Shown here one piece after another: positions 10,289 to 20,478 of a stretch of DNA of 64,000 bases; the first letter of the stretch is position 1; each line of letters opens with the position of its first letter. The position numbers were made by a program, and so were the translations under genes. Source of the DNA: an uncultured delta proteobacterium (GTDB taxonomy: Bacteria > Desulfobacterota > Desulfomonilia > UBA1062); NCBI GenBank assembly GCA_963847605.1, contig CAWKAM010000009.1, forward strand, positions 12,028 to 76,027, read 5' to 3'. The notes below the pieces were generated by a model. It was not told the origin of the DNA and ran no database searches. It saw only the letters and a program-made list of their open reading frames with translations.

Positions 10289-11088
10289 AGGCGCTTAAGG
10301 AGCTCTATGTGCAGCAGTTTAAGACCACCTTCATCATGATGCTCCAGTACCGCGCCTCGCTCGTCATCTGGATGATGGGGCACGTCTTAGAGCCGCTCGT
10401 CTATCTCATAGTCTGGTCGGTCGTCTCGAATGGGGCGGGCGGCAGCGTCGGCGATTATACCGCACAGGGGTTCGCGGCCTATTTCATCGTGCTGATGCTG
10501 GTCAATCACCTCACCTACACCTGGATCATGTATGAATACGAATACCGCATCCGGGAAGGGGGGCTGTCGTTCGCCCTGCTGAGACCGGTGCATCCGATCC
10601 ACTCCGACATTGCCGACAATGTCTCGGCAAAGCTGGTCACCCTTCCCTTCATGCTGCTCATTGCGGCCGGGCTGGCAGCAATCTTCAAACCCGCCGCCAC
10701 TCCCGCTTTATGGGCCGTCGCAGCATTTGTCCCTGCGTTGCTGCTTGCCTTCATACTGCGGTTCCTCCTGGAGTGGACACTGGCGCTGGCCGCCTTCTGG
10801 ACCACGCGCACCGGCGCCATCAACCAGATCTATTTTGTCCTGGTGCTGTTCCTTTCCGGGCAGATCGCCCCGATTGCGCTTTTCCCCTATCCGATCCGGG
10901 TGGCGGCAACTGTCCTGCCCTTCCGATGGATGATCGGCTTTCCGGTGGAGCTCCTTCTCGGCCGTCTTACGTTAGGCGATGCACTGACAGGCCTTATGGC
11001 CCAGGCTGCATGGCTGGGTGTAAGCCTGGTACTGCTCCGGATCGTGTGGCGCGCGGGTGTGCGTGTCTACTCGGCGGTGGGCGCATGA
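10285..11088 (+). CDS. ABC-2 family transporter permease
   Basis: Polytopic 267 aa. ATGA overlap with the upstream ATPase gene. Confidence 0.75.
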   Translation: MKALKELYVQQFKTTFIMMLQYRASLVIWMMGHVLEPLVYLIVWSVVSNGAGGSVGDYTAQGFAAYFIVLMLVNHLTYTWIMYEYEYRIREGGLSFALLRPVHPIHSDIADNVSAKLVTLPFMLLIAAGLAAIFKPAATPALWAVAAFVPALLLAFILRFLLEWTLALAAFWTTRTGAINQIYFVLVLFLSGQIAPIALFPYPIRVAATVLPFRWMIGFPVELLLGRLTLGDALTGLMAQAAWLGVSLVLLRIVWRAGVRVYSAVGA

Positions 11089-11870
11089 GCTACCCTCGCC
11101 TCCTGGCTGTCTTTTTCAGGGTCAGCGTTATGGGCGAACTGGCCTACCGCATCAACTTTTTCGTGCAGCTGTTCCAGTCTGTCCTGGAATTGGCCACGGC
11201 AGTGGCCGGCCTGGCGGTGATCTTCTCACATACCAGCACCCTCGGTGGTTGGCGGCCCGACGAGGTGCTGGCACTGGTGGGGATTTACATCCTTGTCGGA
11301 GGTATAATCGGCTTTGTGATACAGCCGGGCATGGAGCAGCTCATTGCATCCGTCAGGAACGGGACGCTCGATTTCACGCTCACCAAGCCGGAAGACGCCC
11401 AACTCCTCGTCAGCATCCAGCAGGTGGAAATCTGGAAGCTGATTGATATCGTGTTGGGTTTCGCTGTTCTCGCAACAGCACTCGTGCGGCTGGGGGAGAA
11501 AATGGGGATGCAGCAGGCTGCGGAATTCACCGTGATGCTGCTCGCAGGCACGGTCATCATCTACAGCTTCTGGCTGCTCCTGGCCACGCTCTCATTCTGG
11601 TTTGTAAGGGTGGAGAATATCCTTATGATCTTCCAGAGCATGTACGAGGCAGGACGCTGGCCGGTGAGCCTGTATCCGGGGTGGCTGCGCTTCGCGCTTA
11701 CCTTCATCGTGCCGGTCGCCTTTGCCACGACAGTGCCCGCCGAGGCCTTGACCGGCCGTATGAACGAGGTCACCCTGGCAGGCGCGATAGTCATGGCTTT
11801 AGTCCTGTCAGTGATCTCACGGGTTTTCTGGCACCTGGGATTGCGCCATTATACTGGGACTTCGGCATAA
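11085..11870 (+). CDS. ABC-2 family transporter permease (second subunit)
   Basis: Start 'MSYPRLLAVFF' overlaps the previous stop (ATGA). The listed ORF 10710.. is an out-of-frame N-terminal extension. Confidence 0.75.
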   Translation: MSYPRLLAVFFRVSVMGELAYRINFFVQLFQSVLELATAVAGLAVIFSHTSTLGGWRPDEVLALVGIYILVGGIIGFVIQPGMEQLIASVRNGTLDFTLTKPEDAQLLVSIQQVEIWKLIDIVLGFAVLATALVRLGEKMGMQQAAEFTVMLLAGTVIIYSFWLLLATLSFWFVRVENILMIFQSMYEAGRWPVSLYPGWLRFALTFIVPVAFATTVPAEALTGRMNEVTLAGAIVMALVLSVISRVFWHLGLRHYTGTSA

Positions 11871-11997
11871 TGAAAGGGTCCCTGACAGCTCTGAAAAAAA
11901 TTTAAGGATAGGGAAAAACTTGCAAGTGATGGAAAAAAGTCATACGTGAAGGGAGAGTCGCTTCGATATCAGGAAACGGGTCAAGGGAGAGATACAC

Positions 11998-12915
11998 ATG
12001 AGTGTACTGGATGCCATAGGGAATACGCCTCTTGTGGAGATAAAAAATATCTGGGATTCCGCCAAGACGGGCGTGCGGATCATGGCCAAGCTGGAAGGCT
12101 CCAATCCGGGCGGCTCGGTCAAAGACCGGCCCGCACTCTTCATGCTGAGGGAGGCCGTGGAGTCGGGAAAGTTGACCCCGGGCAAGGTGATCCTGGAGCC
12201 CACATCAGGCAACACCGGCATAGGTATGGCCATGGTGGCCGCAGCCATGGGATTCAAGATCAAGCTGACCATGCCCACCTGCGTGAGTACCGAGCGCAGG
12301 GCGGTTCTCCAGGCACTCGGGGCCGAACTCGAGCTGACCCCGGGCTGCGACAAAACGGACGGTGCCATCAATCGGGCCCACCATATCATGGAATGCGACG
12401 GCAACCATTTCTTCATGCCAAACCAGTTCGATAACCCTCACAACTATCTGGCTCATTATAAAACCACCGGGCCCGAGATCTTTGAGCAAACAAAGGGCGA
12501 GGTCGATTGCTTTGTGGCAGGCATGGGCACTACCGGCACCCTCATGGGGTGCTCCATGTTCCTCAAGGAAAAGAGGCCTTCCATAAAGATCATCGGCGTC
12601 GAACCGACGCTGAACCATCGCATCCAGGGATTGAAAAATATGAATGAGGCCATTGTCCCCAAGATCTATGACCCGGCTCGGCTTGATGATAAAATTATCT
12701 GTTCCGACGAGGATGCCTTCGAGACTACCCGCGACCTCTCCATCCACGAAGGCCTGTTCTGCGGGGTCAGCTCGGGTGCGGCCATGTGGGGTGCGCTTCA
12801 GGTCGCACGCAACCTTAAACGCGGATCCACCGTTGTGGTCATCTTCCCGGACCGGGGCGACCGCTACCTTTCAACCGAGGTCTTCCGTTCCTTCTGCGCC
12901 CAGTGCCCGCCGTGA
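11998..12915 (+). CDS. cysK: Cysteine synthase (CysK/CysM family, PLP-dependent)
   Basis: PLP-lysine motif 'GGSVKDRPA', 'TSGNTGIG' and the 'G-T-G-G-T' loop. 305 aa. Confidence 0.85.
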   Translation: MSVLDAIGNTPLVEIKNIWDSAKTGVRIMAKLEGSNPGGSVKDRPALFMLREAVESGKLTPGKVILEPTSGNTGIGMAMVAAAMGFKIKLTMPTCVSTERRAVLQALGAELELTPGCDKTDGAINRAHHIMECDGNHFFMPNQFDNPHNYLAHYKTTGPEIFEQTKGEVDCFVAGMGTTGTLMGCSMFLKEKRPSIKIIGVEPTLNHRIQGLKNMNEAIVPKIYDPARLDDKIICSDEDAFETTRDLSIHEGLFCGVSSGAAMWGALQVARNLKRGSTVVVIFPDRGDRYLSTEVFRSFCAQCPP

Positions 12916-12945
12916 TGTGCAGGTTTCTCCCATGAGGGGTGTCAT

Positions 12946-13944
12946 TTGATGGAATATGCTCTCTTGGCCCAATCCGTCATTTCCGGCGAAATACTATCCC
13001 GCAAACAGGCCCTGGCCGTCCTGGCCGCTTCCGACGAGGATTCTCTTGGCCTGTTCGATGCGGCCTGGAGGGTACGCCGCCATTTTCATGGCAATCGCGT
13101 GCAGGTTCAGGTGCTGAGCAATGCCAAGAGCGGAATCTGCACGGAAGACTGCCACTACTGCTCACAGTCCTTAATCTCCAAGGCCGAGATCGCCCGCTAT
13201 CCGCTCAAGACCCGTGATGTACTGCTCGCCGAGGCCAGGGAAGCCCGGCGTCTCAAGGCCCACCGTTTCTGCATGGGCTTGAGCGGCCGCACGCTCAATG
13301 ATACCGAGGTGGATGCACTGTGTGGGGTAATCCGGGAAATTAAGGCCGGTACGGGCATCTCCGTCTGCTGCTCACTGGGGTTCCTGTCGCCGGAGCAGGC
13401 ACGACGACTGCAAGATGCCGGACTGGACCGTGTCAACCACAATATCAACACCAGCGAACGCCACTATCCCTCGATCTGCACGACCCATACCTGGTCCGAC
13501 CGCATGCATAACCTGAAGGTCTGCCGGGCAGCAGGGCTCGAGATATGCTCGGGCGGCATCATCGGCCAGGGCGAAACGGATGAAGACATCGTCGACATGT
13601 TGCTGGCGTTGAGGCAGATAAACCCCGAGTCGATCCCCATCAATTTTCTCATCCCTGTTCCCGGCACACCTTTCCAGATGTTGGACCCATGCCTGACGCC
13701 GCTGCGCTGCCTGCGGGTTCTTGCCTTGGCGCGCCTCCTTCATCCCGCAGCCGATATCAGGATGGCCGGCGGCCGAGAGGTACATCTCCGCAGCCTCCAA
13801 CCAATGGCGCTGTTCCTGGTCAATTCAATCTTCGTCAACGGTTATCTGACCGAAGGGGGACAGCCCCGGGACGAGGCCTTGAGAATGATAGAGGATCTGG
13901 GTTTCGAGCTTGAAGTGGAAGGCGCTGCAAGCTTCAGGGAGTAA
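12946..13944 (+). CDS. bioB: Biotin synthase
   Basis: Radical SAM 'CTEDCHYCSQS' (CxxxCxxC). BioB-like length. First gene of the bio operon. Confidence 0.9.
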   Translation: MMEYALLAQSVISGEILSRKQALAVLAASDEDSLGLFDAAWRVRRHFHGNRVQVQVLSNAKSGICTEDCHYCSQSLISKAEIARYPLKTRDVLLAEAREARRLKAHRFCMGLSGRTLNDTEVDALCGVIREIKAGTGISVCCSLGFLSPEQARRLQDAGLDRVNHNINTSERHYPSICTTHTWSDRMHNLKVCRAAGLEICSGGIIGQGETDEDIVDMLLALRQINPESIPINFLIPVPGTPFQMLDPCLTPLRCLRVLALARLLHPAADIRMAGGREVHLRSLQPMALFLVNSIFVNGYLTEGGQPRDEALRMIEDLGFELEVEGAASFRE

Positions 13945-13949
13945 TCATT

Positions 13950-15113
13950 ATGGATTTTCTGCAACGTGAACTCGAACAACTTGAACGCGCGGCACTGCGC
14001 CGCTGCACTGAGGCGTGGCCACAGTCCGGAGGGAGAATCGAGCTCACAGACGGCAGGACACTGCTCAACTTTTCCTCCAACGATTACCTTGGACTCGCCC
14101 GAGACCCGCATGTCAAGCGCCGGGCCATAGAGGTGATCGAACGTTGGGGTTGCGGGGCCACAGCCTCGCGCCTGATGTGCGGCACGCTTGAGTTACACGA
14201 GGAACTGGAAGCCGCTTTGGCCCGCCTTGTCGGGGGGGAAAAAGCGCTGGTTTTCAGCAGCGGTTTCGGCATGAATGTCGGTGTGGTGGCGGCGCTGGCA
14301 GGCCGCGACGACATCATTTTCTCAGACCGGCTGGTGCATGCCAGCCTGATCGATGGCGCCCGCCTGAGCCGAGCCACCATCAAACCCTTTTCACACAACG
14401 ACGTCGCCGGCTTGGCACACCTGATGGAGACTACACCCTGCCGGGGACGCCGGCTCATCGTGACCGAATCGGTATTCAGCATGGACGGCGATCTGGCACC
14501 CCTTGAGGAAATCCGAACCCTGGCGGCTCAATACCGGGCCGTCATGCTGGTGGATGAGGCGCATGCCGTAGGGGTCTGGGGAAAGGGCGGGGGCGTTTGC
14601 CGCCAACTGGGCAAGGGTATCCTGCCGGACTTCACAGCCGGTACGCTCGGCAAGGCTCTGGGCAGTATGGGCGGCTTTGTCGTCTGCTCGGAGATAAGCC
14701 GCGAGTTCCTGATCAATCGCGCACGCAGTTTCATTTTTGCAACGGCCCTGTCACCTGCCTGCCTGGGGGCCGCACTAGGGGCGATAGAGCGGATCAGTCA
14801 GGATCCTGATATGGGCGAGCGGCTGCTGGATCGTGCAAGGACCTTCCATGGCCTGTTGAAGGCCGAGGGGCTGAGACTCCCGGATTTCCGCTCCCAGATT
14901 CTTCCCGTGCCCGTCGGCGAGAATGAAGCTGCGCTGGAATTGGCGCAGCGCCTGCGCGGGCAAGGTCTGCTGGTAACCGCAATACGCCCCCCGACCGTAC
15001 CCCGCGGCACGGCACGCCTGCGCCTTTCAGTCACACTCTCTCATGAGATGCATGATCTCCAGTGGGCAGCAGCACAGATCGGCCGGGTGTCTAAGGGAAT
15101 GGGCCTGGTTTGA
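13950..15113 (+). CDS. bioF: 8-amino-7-oxononanoate synthase
   Basis: Class II aminotransferase-like AONS motifs 'DEAHAVG' and 'TLGKALGSMGG' (PLP Lys). Lies between bioB and bioD. Confidence 0.85.
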   Translation: MDFLQRELEQLERAALRRCTEAWPQSGGRIELTDGRTLLNFSSNDYLGLARDPHVKRRAIEVIERWGCGATASRLMCGTLELHEELEAALARLVGGEKALVFSSGFGMNVGVVAALAGRDDIIFSDRLVHASLIDGARLSRATIKPFSHNDVAGLAHLMETTPCRGRRLIVTESVFSMDGDLAPLEEIRTLAAQYRAVMLVDEAHAVGVWGKGGGVCRQLGKGILPDFTAGTLGKALGSMGGFVVCSEISREFLINRARSFIFATALSPACLGAALGAIERISQDPDMGERLLDRARTFHGLLKAEGLRLPDFRSQILPVPVGENEAALELAQRLRGQGLLVTAIRPPTVPRGTARLRLSVTLSHEMHDLQWAAAQIGRVSKGMGLV

Positions 15114-15133
15114 AAGGGGTGGAAGAAAACCGC

Positions 15134-15847
15134 ATGATCCCCGGGATCTTCGTCACCGGCACGGGCACCGATGTAGGCAAAACCATAACCGTTGCCGGTC
15201 TCATGCGCCGCCTTCTACGGCACGGTGTGGACGCCATGGTCATGAAGCCCGTGCAGACCGGTGCTTACCTCGATGCAACAGGGCATGCAACAGCCCCGGA
15301 TATCGACTTCGTACTTCAGGCAACCGGATTGCCCATGGATGATAAGACCATGCACCACCTTGCACCCTACCTCTATGAACCGGCCTGTTCGCCTCATCTG
15401 GCTGCCCGCCTGGCCGGTAGGCCGATCCGCCTGGAGGTCATCCTGGAGAGCGCCCGGGTGTTGGCAGGGTGTCACCGATTGCTGGTGGTCGAGGGCGCAG
15501 GAGGCCTTATGGTTCCGCTGAACGAATCCGAAACCATGCTGGATCTTGCCTCTGCGATGTCGATGCCGTTGCTGCTGGTGGGCCACTCGGGTCTGGGCAC
15601 GATCAATCACGTACTGCTTTCTCTCGAAGCCCTTCGCAGCCGCAATCTTAAGATCCTCGGGGTCATTCTCAATGATACCCGCCCCGTTGCGGAGCACAAC
15701 AGGTTTATTTACGACGACAACCTGCACGCCATCGAATCGTTCGGGAACATCCGGGTCCTGGCCCGTATCCCCTGGCTGGGAACCCCGCCCGACCCGGACC
15801 TGTTGGACCGGGCCCTGGGTGCGTGGGATCTTTATAAGGAGCTCTGA
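15134..15847 (+). CDS. bioD: Dethiobiotin synthetase
   Basis: P-loop 'GTGTDVGKT'. ATG start chosen downstream of the TTG-initiated listed ORF. Confidence 0.85.
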   Translation: MIPGIFVTGTGTDVGKTITVAGLMRRLLRHGVDAMVMKPVQTGAYLDATGHATAPDIDFVLQATGLPMDDKTMHHLAPYLYEPACSPHLAARLAGRPIRLEVILESARVLAGCHRLLVVEGAGGLMVPLNESETMLDLASAMSMPLLLVGHSGLGTINHVLLSLEALRSRNLKILGVILNDTRPVAEHNRFIYDDNLHAIESFGNIRVLARIPWLGTPPDPDLLDRALGAWDLYKEL

Positions 15848-15850
15848 ATC

Positions 15851-17176
15851 ATGCATTACCATGATATGCGCCGCCGGTCCGTCCAAGCCATATGGCATCC
15901 CTATACCGAGATCACTTCCTTCGAGCGGACCGAGTTTCCCATCATCGACAGGGCCGAAGGCTGCACACTCTACGAAATGAACGGCCGCGCATTGCTCGAC
16001 GGCATATCCTCATGGTGGTGCGTGAACCTGGGGCACAGCCACCCGAGGTTGGTACGGGCCATACAGGAACAGGCCGCACGCCTGCAGCACACGCTTCTGG
16101 GAGGCATGTCGCATCCCCTGGCCATCGAGCTGGCTGAGCGCCTCTCCCTTGTCGTCCCTTTCGGCCTGGGCCATGCCATGTTCGCAGCCGACGGTTCCAT
16201 GGCCGTAGAGGCAGCGCTCAAGATCGCCCTGCAGTACTGGACCAACCGTGGGGAGGCAGGCCGTACACGCTTCATCGCCCTGAAGGATGGATACCATGGC
16301 GACAGCCTGGGCGGTATCGGCGTGGGCTACATCGATACCTTCCATAAACCGTTCGGCCCTGCCGCCACGCCGTCGTGGCGGGCGATCTCGCCTCACTGCG
16401 CCCGTTGCCCCTTAAGCCTTCGACCCGGACGATGCGGCATCGAGTGCTTTGACTCGATGGCCGAGCTGGTTCATGAACATCACTCCGGGTGTGCTGCCGT
16501 GATCGTCGAGCCGCTCTGCCAGGCTGCTGCAGGGATGCGCATCTACCCTGCAGAATACCTGCGCCGCCTGCGCGAGCTTTGCGACGAGCACGGCCTCCTC
16601 CTCATCGCCGACGAGGTAGCAGTAGGTTTCGGTCGCACCGGGGCCATGTTCGCCTGTGAGAAGGCAGGCATCAAACCCGATATAATTACCCTGGGCAAGG
16701 GGCTGACCGGAGGTATGCTGCCCATGAGCGCTACGATGGTCACCGATGAGATATACGACACTTTCCGCGCCGACGGCGAGCTGACGCGAACCTTTCATCA
16801 CGGCACCACGTTCTGCGGTAACCCGATCACCAGTGCCGTTGCCCTGGCCGCGCTTAAGGTCTATGAAGAGGAACAGGTCATTGAGCGTCTGGCCGGCCCT
16901 GCAAGTATCCTTGAGGACGGCATGGGCCGTCTCGCAGTCCTGCTTGAAGATTCTCCCATGCAAGCGCTCGGGATGATTGCGGCCGTCGAGATCAAGGATT
17001 CGGCAGGTGGGACCTCCCGCGCCCGTGAAATAGTACGCCGGGCTTACGAGCTCGGCCTCTTCATCCGCCCCCTGGGGCCCACGATTTACCTATGGCCCCC
17101 GCTCAACATAGGCGAGTCGGATCTACGGAACATGATCGATATCCTGTTGGATGCGGCCCGAGCGCATCATGGATGA
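15851..17176 (+). CDS. bioA: Adenosylmethionine-8-amino-7-oxononanoate aminotransferase
   Basis: Class III aminotransferase, 441 aa, with 'TLGKGLTGG' PLP-lysine region. Confidence 0.9.
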   Translation: MHYHDMRRRSVQAIWHPYTEITSFERTEFPIIDRAEGCTLYEMNGRALLDGISSWWCVNLGHSHPRLVRAIQEQAARLQHTLLGGMSHPLAIELAERLSLVVPFGLGHAMFAADGSMAVEAALKIALQYWTNRGEAGRTRFIALKDGYHGDSLGGIGVGYIDTFHKPFGPAATPSWRAISPHCARCPLSLRPGRCGIECFDSMAELVHEHHSGCAAVIVEPLCQAAAGMRIYPAEYLRRLRELCDEHGLLLIADEVAVGFGRTGAMFACEKAGIKPDIITLGKGLTGGMLPMSATMVTDEIYDTFRADGELTRTFHHGTTFCGNPITSAVALAALKVYEEEQVIERLAGPASILEDGMGRLAVLLEDSPMQALGMIAAVEIKDSAGGTSRAREIVRRAYELGLFIRPLGPTIYLWPPLNIGESDLRNMIDILLDAARAHHG

Positions 17177-17226
17177 TATGGTTGATAATGCTAGTCAGCA
17201 CGAGTCGTCGGAGGAAAGTACCTCAG

Positions 17227-17880
17227 TCAGTAGTTCCAGCCGAGAAGGCCTAAGGATGTAATGTTGAGGGCAAAGGCGATGGCATAAATCGCACAGACCG
17301 TCTTCACCTTGCTGCTGTTGTTCCTCAGGCCGATGACCAGCATGGGACTGAGGAAGAGCGGGAAGTATGCGGCAAAGAAGATGGGCAGCACCCCCACAGG
17401 CGACAGCTTCCAGAAACGATACTCCCATACCAGATGGCCGCCGATGTTCAGCAGGCACTCGACAAAGACGCAGAAGGCCGCATATGCAATGACCCAGAAC
17501 AACCTGTCCGGTATCCCCAGGATCCTGGCATTCCTATTGCTGGAAAGCGTGTTGTAATAGATTATCCCGGCAATGGAGAACATGAACATGATCTAGATGT
17601 TCCATCCGACCATGGTGCGCAATGCCGTCTCCCCCGGGGTGGTCCACAAGGCGGAGTACTGTGTAAAATGGAATATCCAGCCGTTCATCGTTTCGAACAG
17701 GAAGTCCGTGCCGAAGAGAGCCAGACCTGCAAAGACTGCGTCCCAATTCCCCGACTCCCTGGCCTTCTTTATCTCGAATATGTAGATGTAGAACACCAGT
17801 GCAAACAGAGGGATTACATACCACTTAAGCGTTGAAAGGTCTCTGAGTCCATGGAATGCAAGCTCGGATGCCGGTGTCAT
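17227..17880 (-). CDS. Hypothetical polytopic membrane protein interrupted by an in-frame TAG
   Basis: ORFs 17593..17880 and 17227..17589 are in the same frame. Only TAG (17593-17595) plus one Ile codon separates them, and the downstream part has no RBS. Confidence 0.4.
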
Positions 17881-18086
17881 GATAACCTCCTTTGATAAAT
17901 GAGTGAAGGACAGAGAAACGGATTATCGCCCTCCCCTTCATCAATACCATGAATCGGAATTATAAATCTAAAAAAGACCCGGCCCCTCTCCCTTTCAAAC
18001 CTTCCGGACTTATATAAGCAATAGTCATACGGCGTAACAGATGGAACATATAAGCTGCCGATGATATGGCTGCAGGAGGAAGATTG

Positions 18087-19742
18087 ATGAGTAATGATGC
18101 GGATGTGATTATAGTCGGTGCAGGTCTTGCCGGCCTCGTTGCCGCCTCTGAGCTCACGGATGCGGGCAGGCGGGTGATCGTACTGGACCAGGAGCCGGAG
18201 GCGTCGCTTGGCGGGCAGGCATTCTGGTCCTTCGGCGGCCTGTTCTTCGTCAACTCGCCGGAGCAGCGCCGGCTGGGCATAAAAGATTCCTACGAGCTGG
18301 CCCTGCAGGACTGGCTCGGCACCGCAGGGTTTGACCGGGATGAAGACTACTGGCCGCGCCGATGGGCAGAGGCCTATGTCGGCTTCGCCTCCGGAGAGAA
18401 ACGCGCCTGGATGCAGGCCCTGGGTGTGAGGATATTTCCTATCGTGCAGTGGGCGGAGCGCGGCGGTTATCTGGCGACCGGGCCTGGCAACTCGGTCCCC
18501 CGCTTTCACGTGACATGGGGTACGGGCCCGGCTGTGCTTGAGCCGTTCATCCGGCGTGTGCGCGAGGGCGAGAAGCAGGGCCTGGTGACGTTTAGGTTCA
18601 GGCACCGGGTCACCGGGCTGAGCATGAGCGGCGATGCGGTCGAAGGCGTCCACGGTGATGTGCTGGAACCGAGCGAAGCAGTTCGCGGCGCGCCCAGCTC
18701 CCGTGTAGTAACAGGCGAGTTCGCGCTGAAGGCCCAGGCCGTGATCGTCACCTCCGGCGGGATCGGCGCCAACCACGACCTGGTGCGCCGCAATTGGCCG
18801 AAGCGTATGGGTGAGCCGCCGCGGCGCATGATATCGGGCGTGCCTGACCACGTGGACGGGCGCATGCTCGAGATCGTCGGCTTGAGCGGCGGCCGCATCA
18901 TCAACTCTGACCGGATGTGGCACTATCCCGAGGGCATACAAAACTACGCCCCGATCTGGAGCCGCCACGGCATCCGCATCCTGAGCGGCCCGTCGCCGCT
19001 GTGGCTGGACGCGAGAGGATATCGCCTGCCGATCCCCCTGTTCCCCGTGTTCGACACCCTGGGGGCGCTCCAGCATATCGCCACTACAGGTTACGATTAT
19101 TCGTGGTTCCTGCTTAATCAGCGCATCATTGCCCGCGAGTTCGCCCTGTCCGGCTCCGAGCAGAACCCCGACCTCACGGGCCGCAGCATCCTCAAAACCT
19201 TAAGCCGTGCACTACCCGGCGCACCGGGACCCGTGGAGGCATTCAAAAAGCGCGGTGCGGATTTTGTGGTTAGGCGCACGCTAAAGGAACTCGTGCAAGG
19301 GATGAACGCCCTGACCGGCGAGTCCCTTATCGATCCGATCGAGCTCGAACGGGAGATAGTCGGGCGCGACCGGCAGATCATCAACCCCTTCGGCAAGGAT
19401 GCACAGGTCACCTCGATCAGGGCGACGCGCGCCTATCTCGGCGACAAGCTGGTCCGGGTGGCAAAGCCGCACCGGATCCTCGACCCGGCTGCAGGCCCTC
19501 TGATTGCGGTGAGGCTGTGGATACTCACGCGCAAGACCTTAGGCGGCCTTGAGACCGACCTCTCCGGCCGAGTCCTGAACGCCGACGGCCAGCCTCTGCC
19601 CGGGGTATATGCAGCAGGAGAGGTGTCCGGATTCGGCGGCGGGGGCATGCACGGCTACCGTGCGCTGGAGGGGACGTTCCTCGGCGGATGCATGTTCTCA
19701 GGCCGGGCTGCAGGCCGGGCCGCGGCCAACGATGTGGCCTGA
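18087..19742 (+). CDS. FAD-binding dehydrogenase (KsdD-like)
   Basis: 'DVIIVGAGLAGLVAA' dinucleotide-binding motif. A C-terminal 'GEVSGFGGGGMHG' region typical of this FAD dehydrogenase family. Confidence 0.8.
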   Translation: MSNDADVIIVGAGLAGLVAASELTDAGRRVIVLDQEPEASLGGQAFWSFGGLFFVNSPEQRRLGIKDSYELALQDWLGTAGFDRDEDYWPRRWAEAYVGFASGEKRAWMQALGVRIFPIVQWAERGGYLATGPGNSVPRFHVTWGTGPAVLEPFIRRVREGEKQGLVTFRFRHRVTGLSMSGDAVEGVHGDVLEPSEAVRGAPSSRVVTGEFALKAQAVIVTSGGIGANHDLVRRNWPKRMGEPPRRMISGVPDHVDGRMLEIVGLSGGRIINSDRMWHYPEGIQNYAPIWSRHGIRILSGPSPLWLDARGYRLPIPLFPVFDTLGALQHIATTGYDYSWFLLNQRIIAREFALSGSEQNPDLTGRSILKTLSRALPGAPGPVEAFKKRGADFVVRRTLKELVQGMNALTGESLIDPIELEREIVGRDRQIINPFGKDAQVTSIRATRAYLGDKLVRVAKPHRILDPAAGPLIAVRLWILTRKTLGGLETDLSGRVLNADGQPLPGVYAAGEVSGFGGGGMHGYRALEGTFLGGCMFSGRAAGRAAANDVA

Positions 19743-19790
19743 TACCGGTTTGTATTCAAACTGCATATCAAACCTCCCTTTTCTCCCCTG

Positions 19791-20459
19791 CTACAGCCAG
19801 AGCTTTTCCTGCCAATATTTATATTCCCAGTCCCACCGTTCTTTCCGCTTTATCATGATATCACAGAAATATTGGCGCAGCTGGGATAATGTGTGGAGCT
19901 GTTCGGGGAAATCCTTCTTCTCACTGATAGCCGATACAAGGGTTTGGCCAAGCTCTCTTGCCTTCCTCATAACATCAGACCCGGCCGGGACAAGGCCGTC
20001 ATCCAGGGTGCAGGCCACCCGGCCCGTACACTGAACGCCCATACGGTTCAGGAGAGTTTCCATGTAATCTGCGGTCTCAACCTGCCCGGAGCCGCCGGCG
20101 GTGGCTACCACTGCACCGTACTTGCCCAGCAGGCGCTGGCAGTGGATGGCGTGGCCGAGGCGGTCTATGAAGGCCTTGAGCTGTGCCGTGACCTGGAAGA
20201 TATATACGGGGCTGCCGAGAATAAGGCCGTCACTGGCGAGCATCTTTTCAAACAGGTCATTGAAGTCGTCGTTCCGGGCACACCGGCCCAGATGATGGCA
20301 TTTGTCGCACCCGATGCAGCAGTCTATATTCAGGGTGGTTATATCTATGTATTCGATGTCGGAACCGGCGCCTTCCGTCCCGGAGAGGACCTCTCTGAGA
20401 ATCTGGCCGGTACGGCTCTGGCTTTTCCGGGGACTTCCGTTTATGGCCATGATCTTCAT
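19791..20459 (-). CDS. Iron-sulfur flavoprotein / NADPH-dependent FMN reductase-like
   Basis: Flavodoxin-like 'MKIMAINGSPRK' start plus a compact 'CCIGCDKCHHLGRC' cluster. Confidence 0.7.
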   Translation of the reverse strand: MKIMAINGSPRKSQSRTGQILREVLSGTEGAGSDIEYIDITTLNIDCCIGCDKCHHLGRCARNDDFNDLFEKMLASDGLILGSPVYIFQVTAQLKAFIDRLGHAIHCQRLLGKYGAVVATAGGSGQVETADYMETLLNRMGVQCTGRVACTLDDGLVPAGSDVMRKARELGQTLVSAISEKKDFPEQLHTLSQLRQYFCDIMIKRKERWDWEYKYWQEKLWL

Positions 20460-20478
20460 TGTTACGATCCTCCTTTTT

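Noticed and set aside
10710-11084. N-terminal 125-aa extension of the second permease ORF overlapping the first permease
   Set aside because: Out of frame with and entirely inside the upstream permease. The Cys/Arg-rich translation is not membrane-like. The true start is the ATGA-coupled Met at 11085.
11871-11997. Possible riboswitch or leader upstream of cysK
   Set aside because: No recognisable conserved riboswitch core (SAM, T-box) could be discerned by eye.
12205-12747. 180-aa antisense ORF within cysK
   Set aside because: Antisense to a strongly supported PLP enzyme. No RBS and no motif.
16412-16963. 183-aa antisense ORF within bioA
   Set aside because: High-GC antisense artefact.
17877-19076. 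399-aa minus-strand ORF overlapping the FAD dehydrogenase gene
   Set aside because: Proline/arginine/alanine-rich low-complexity translation, antisense to a well-supported gene in a high-GC region. Typical spurious antisense ORF.
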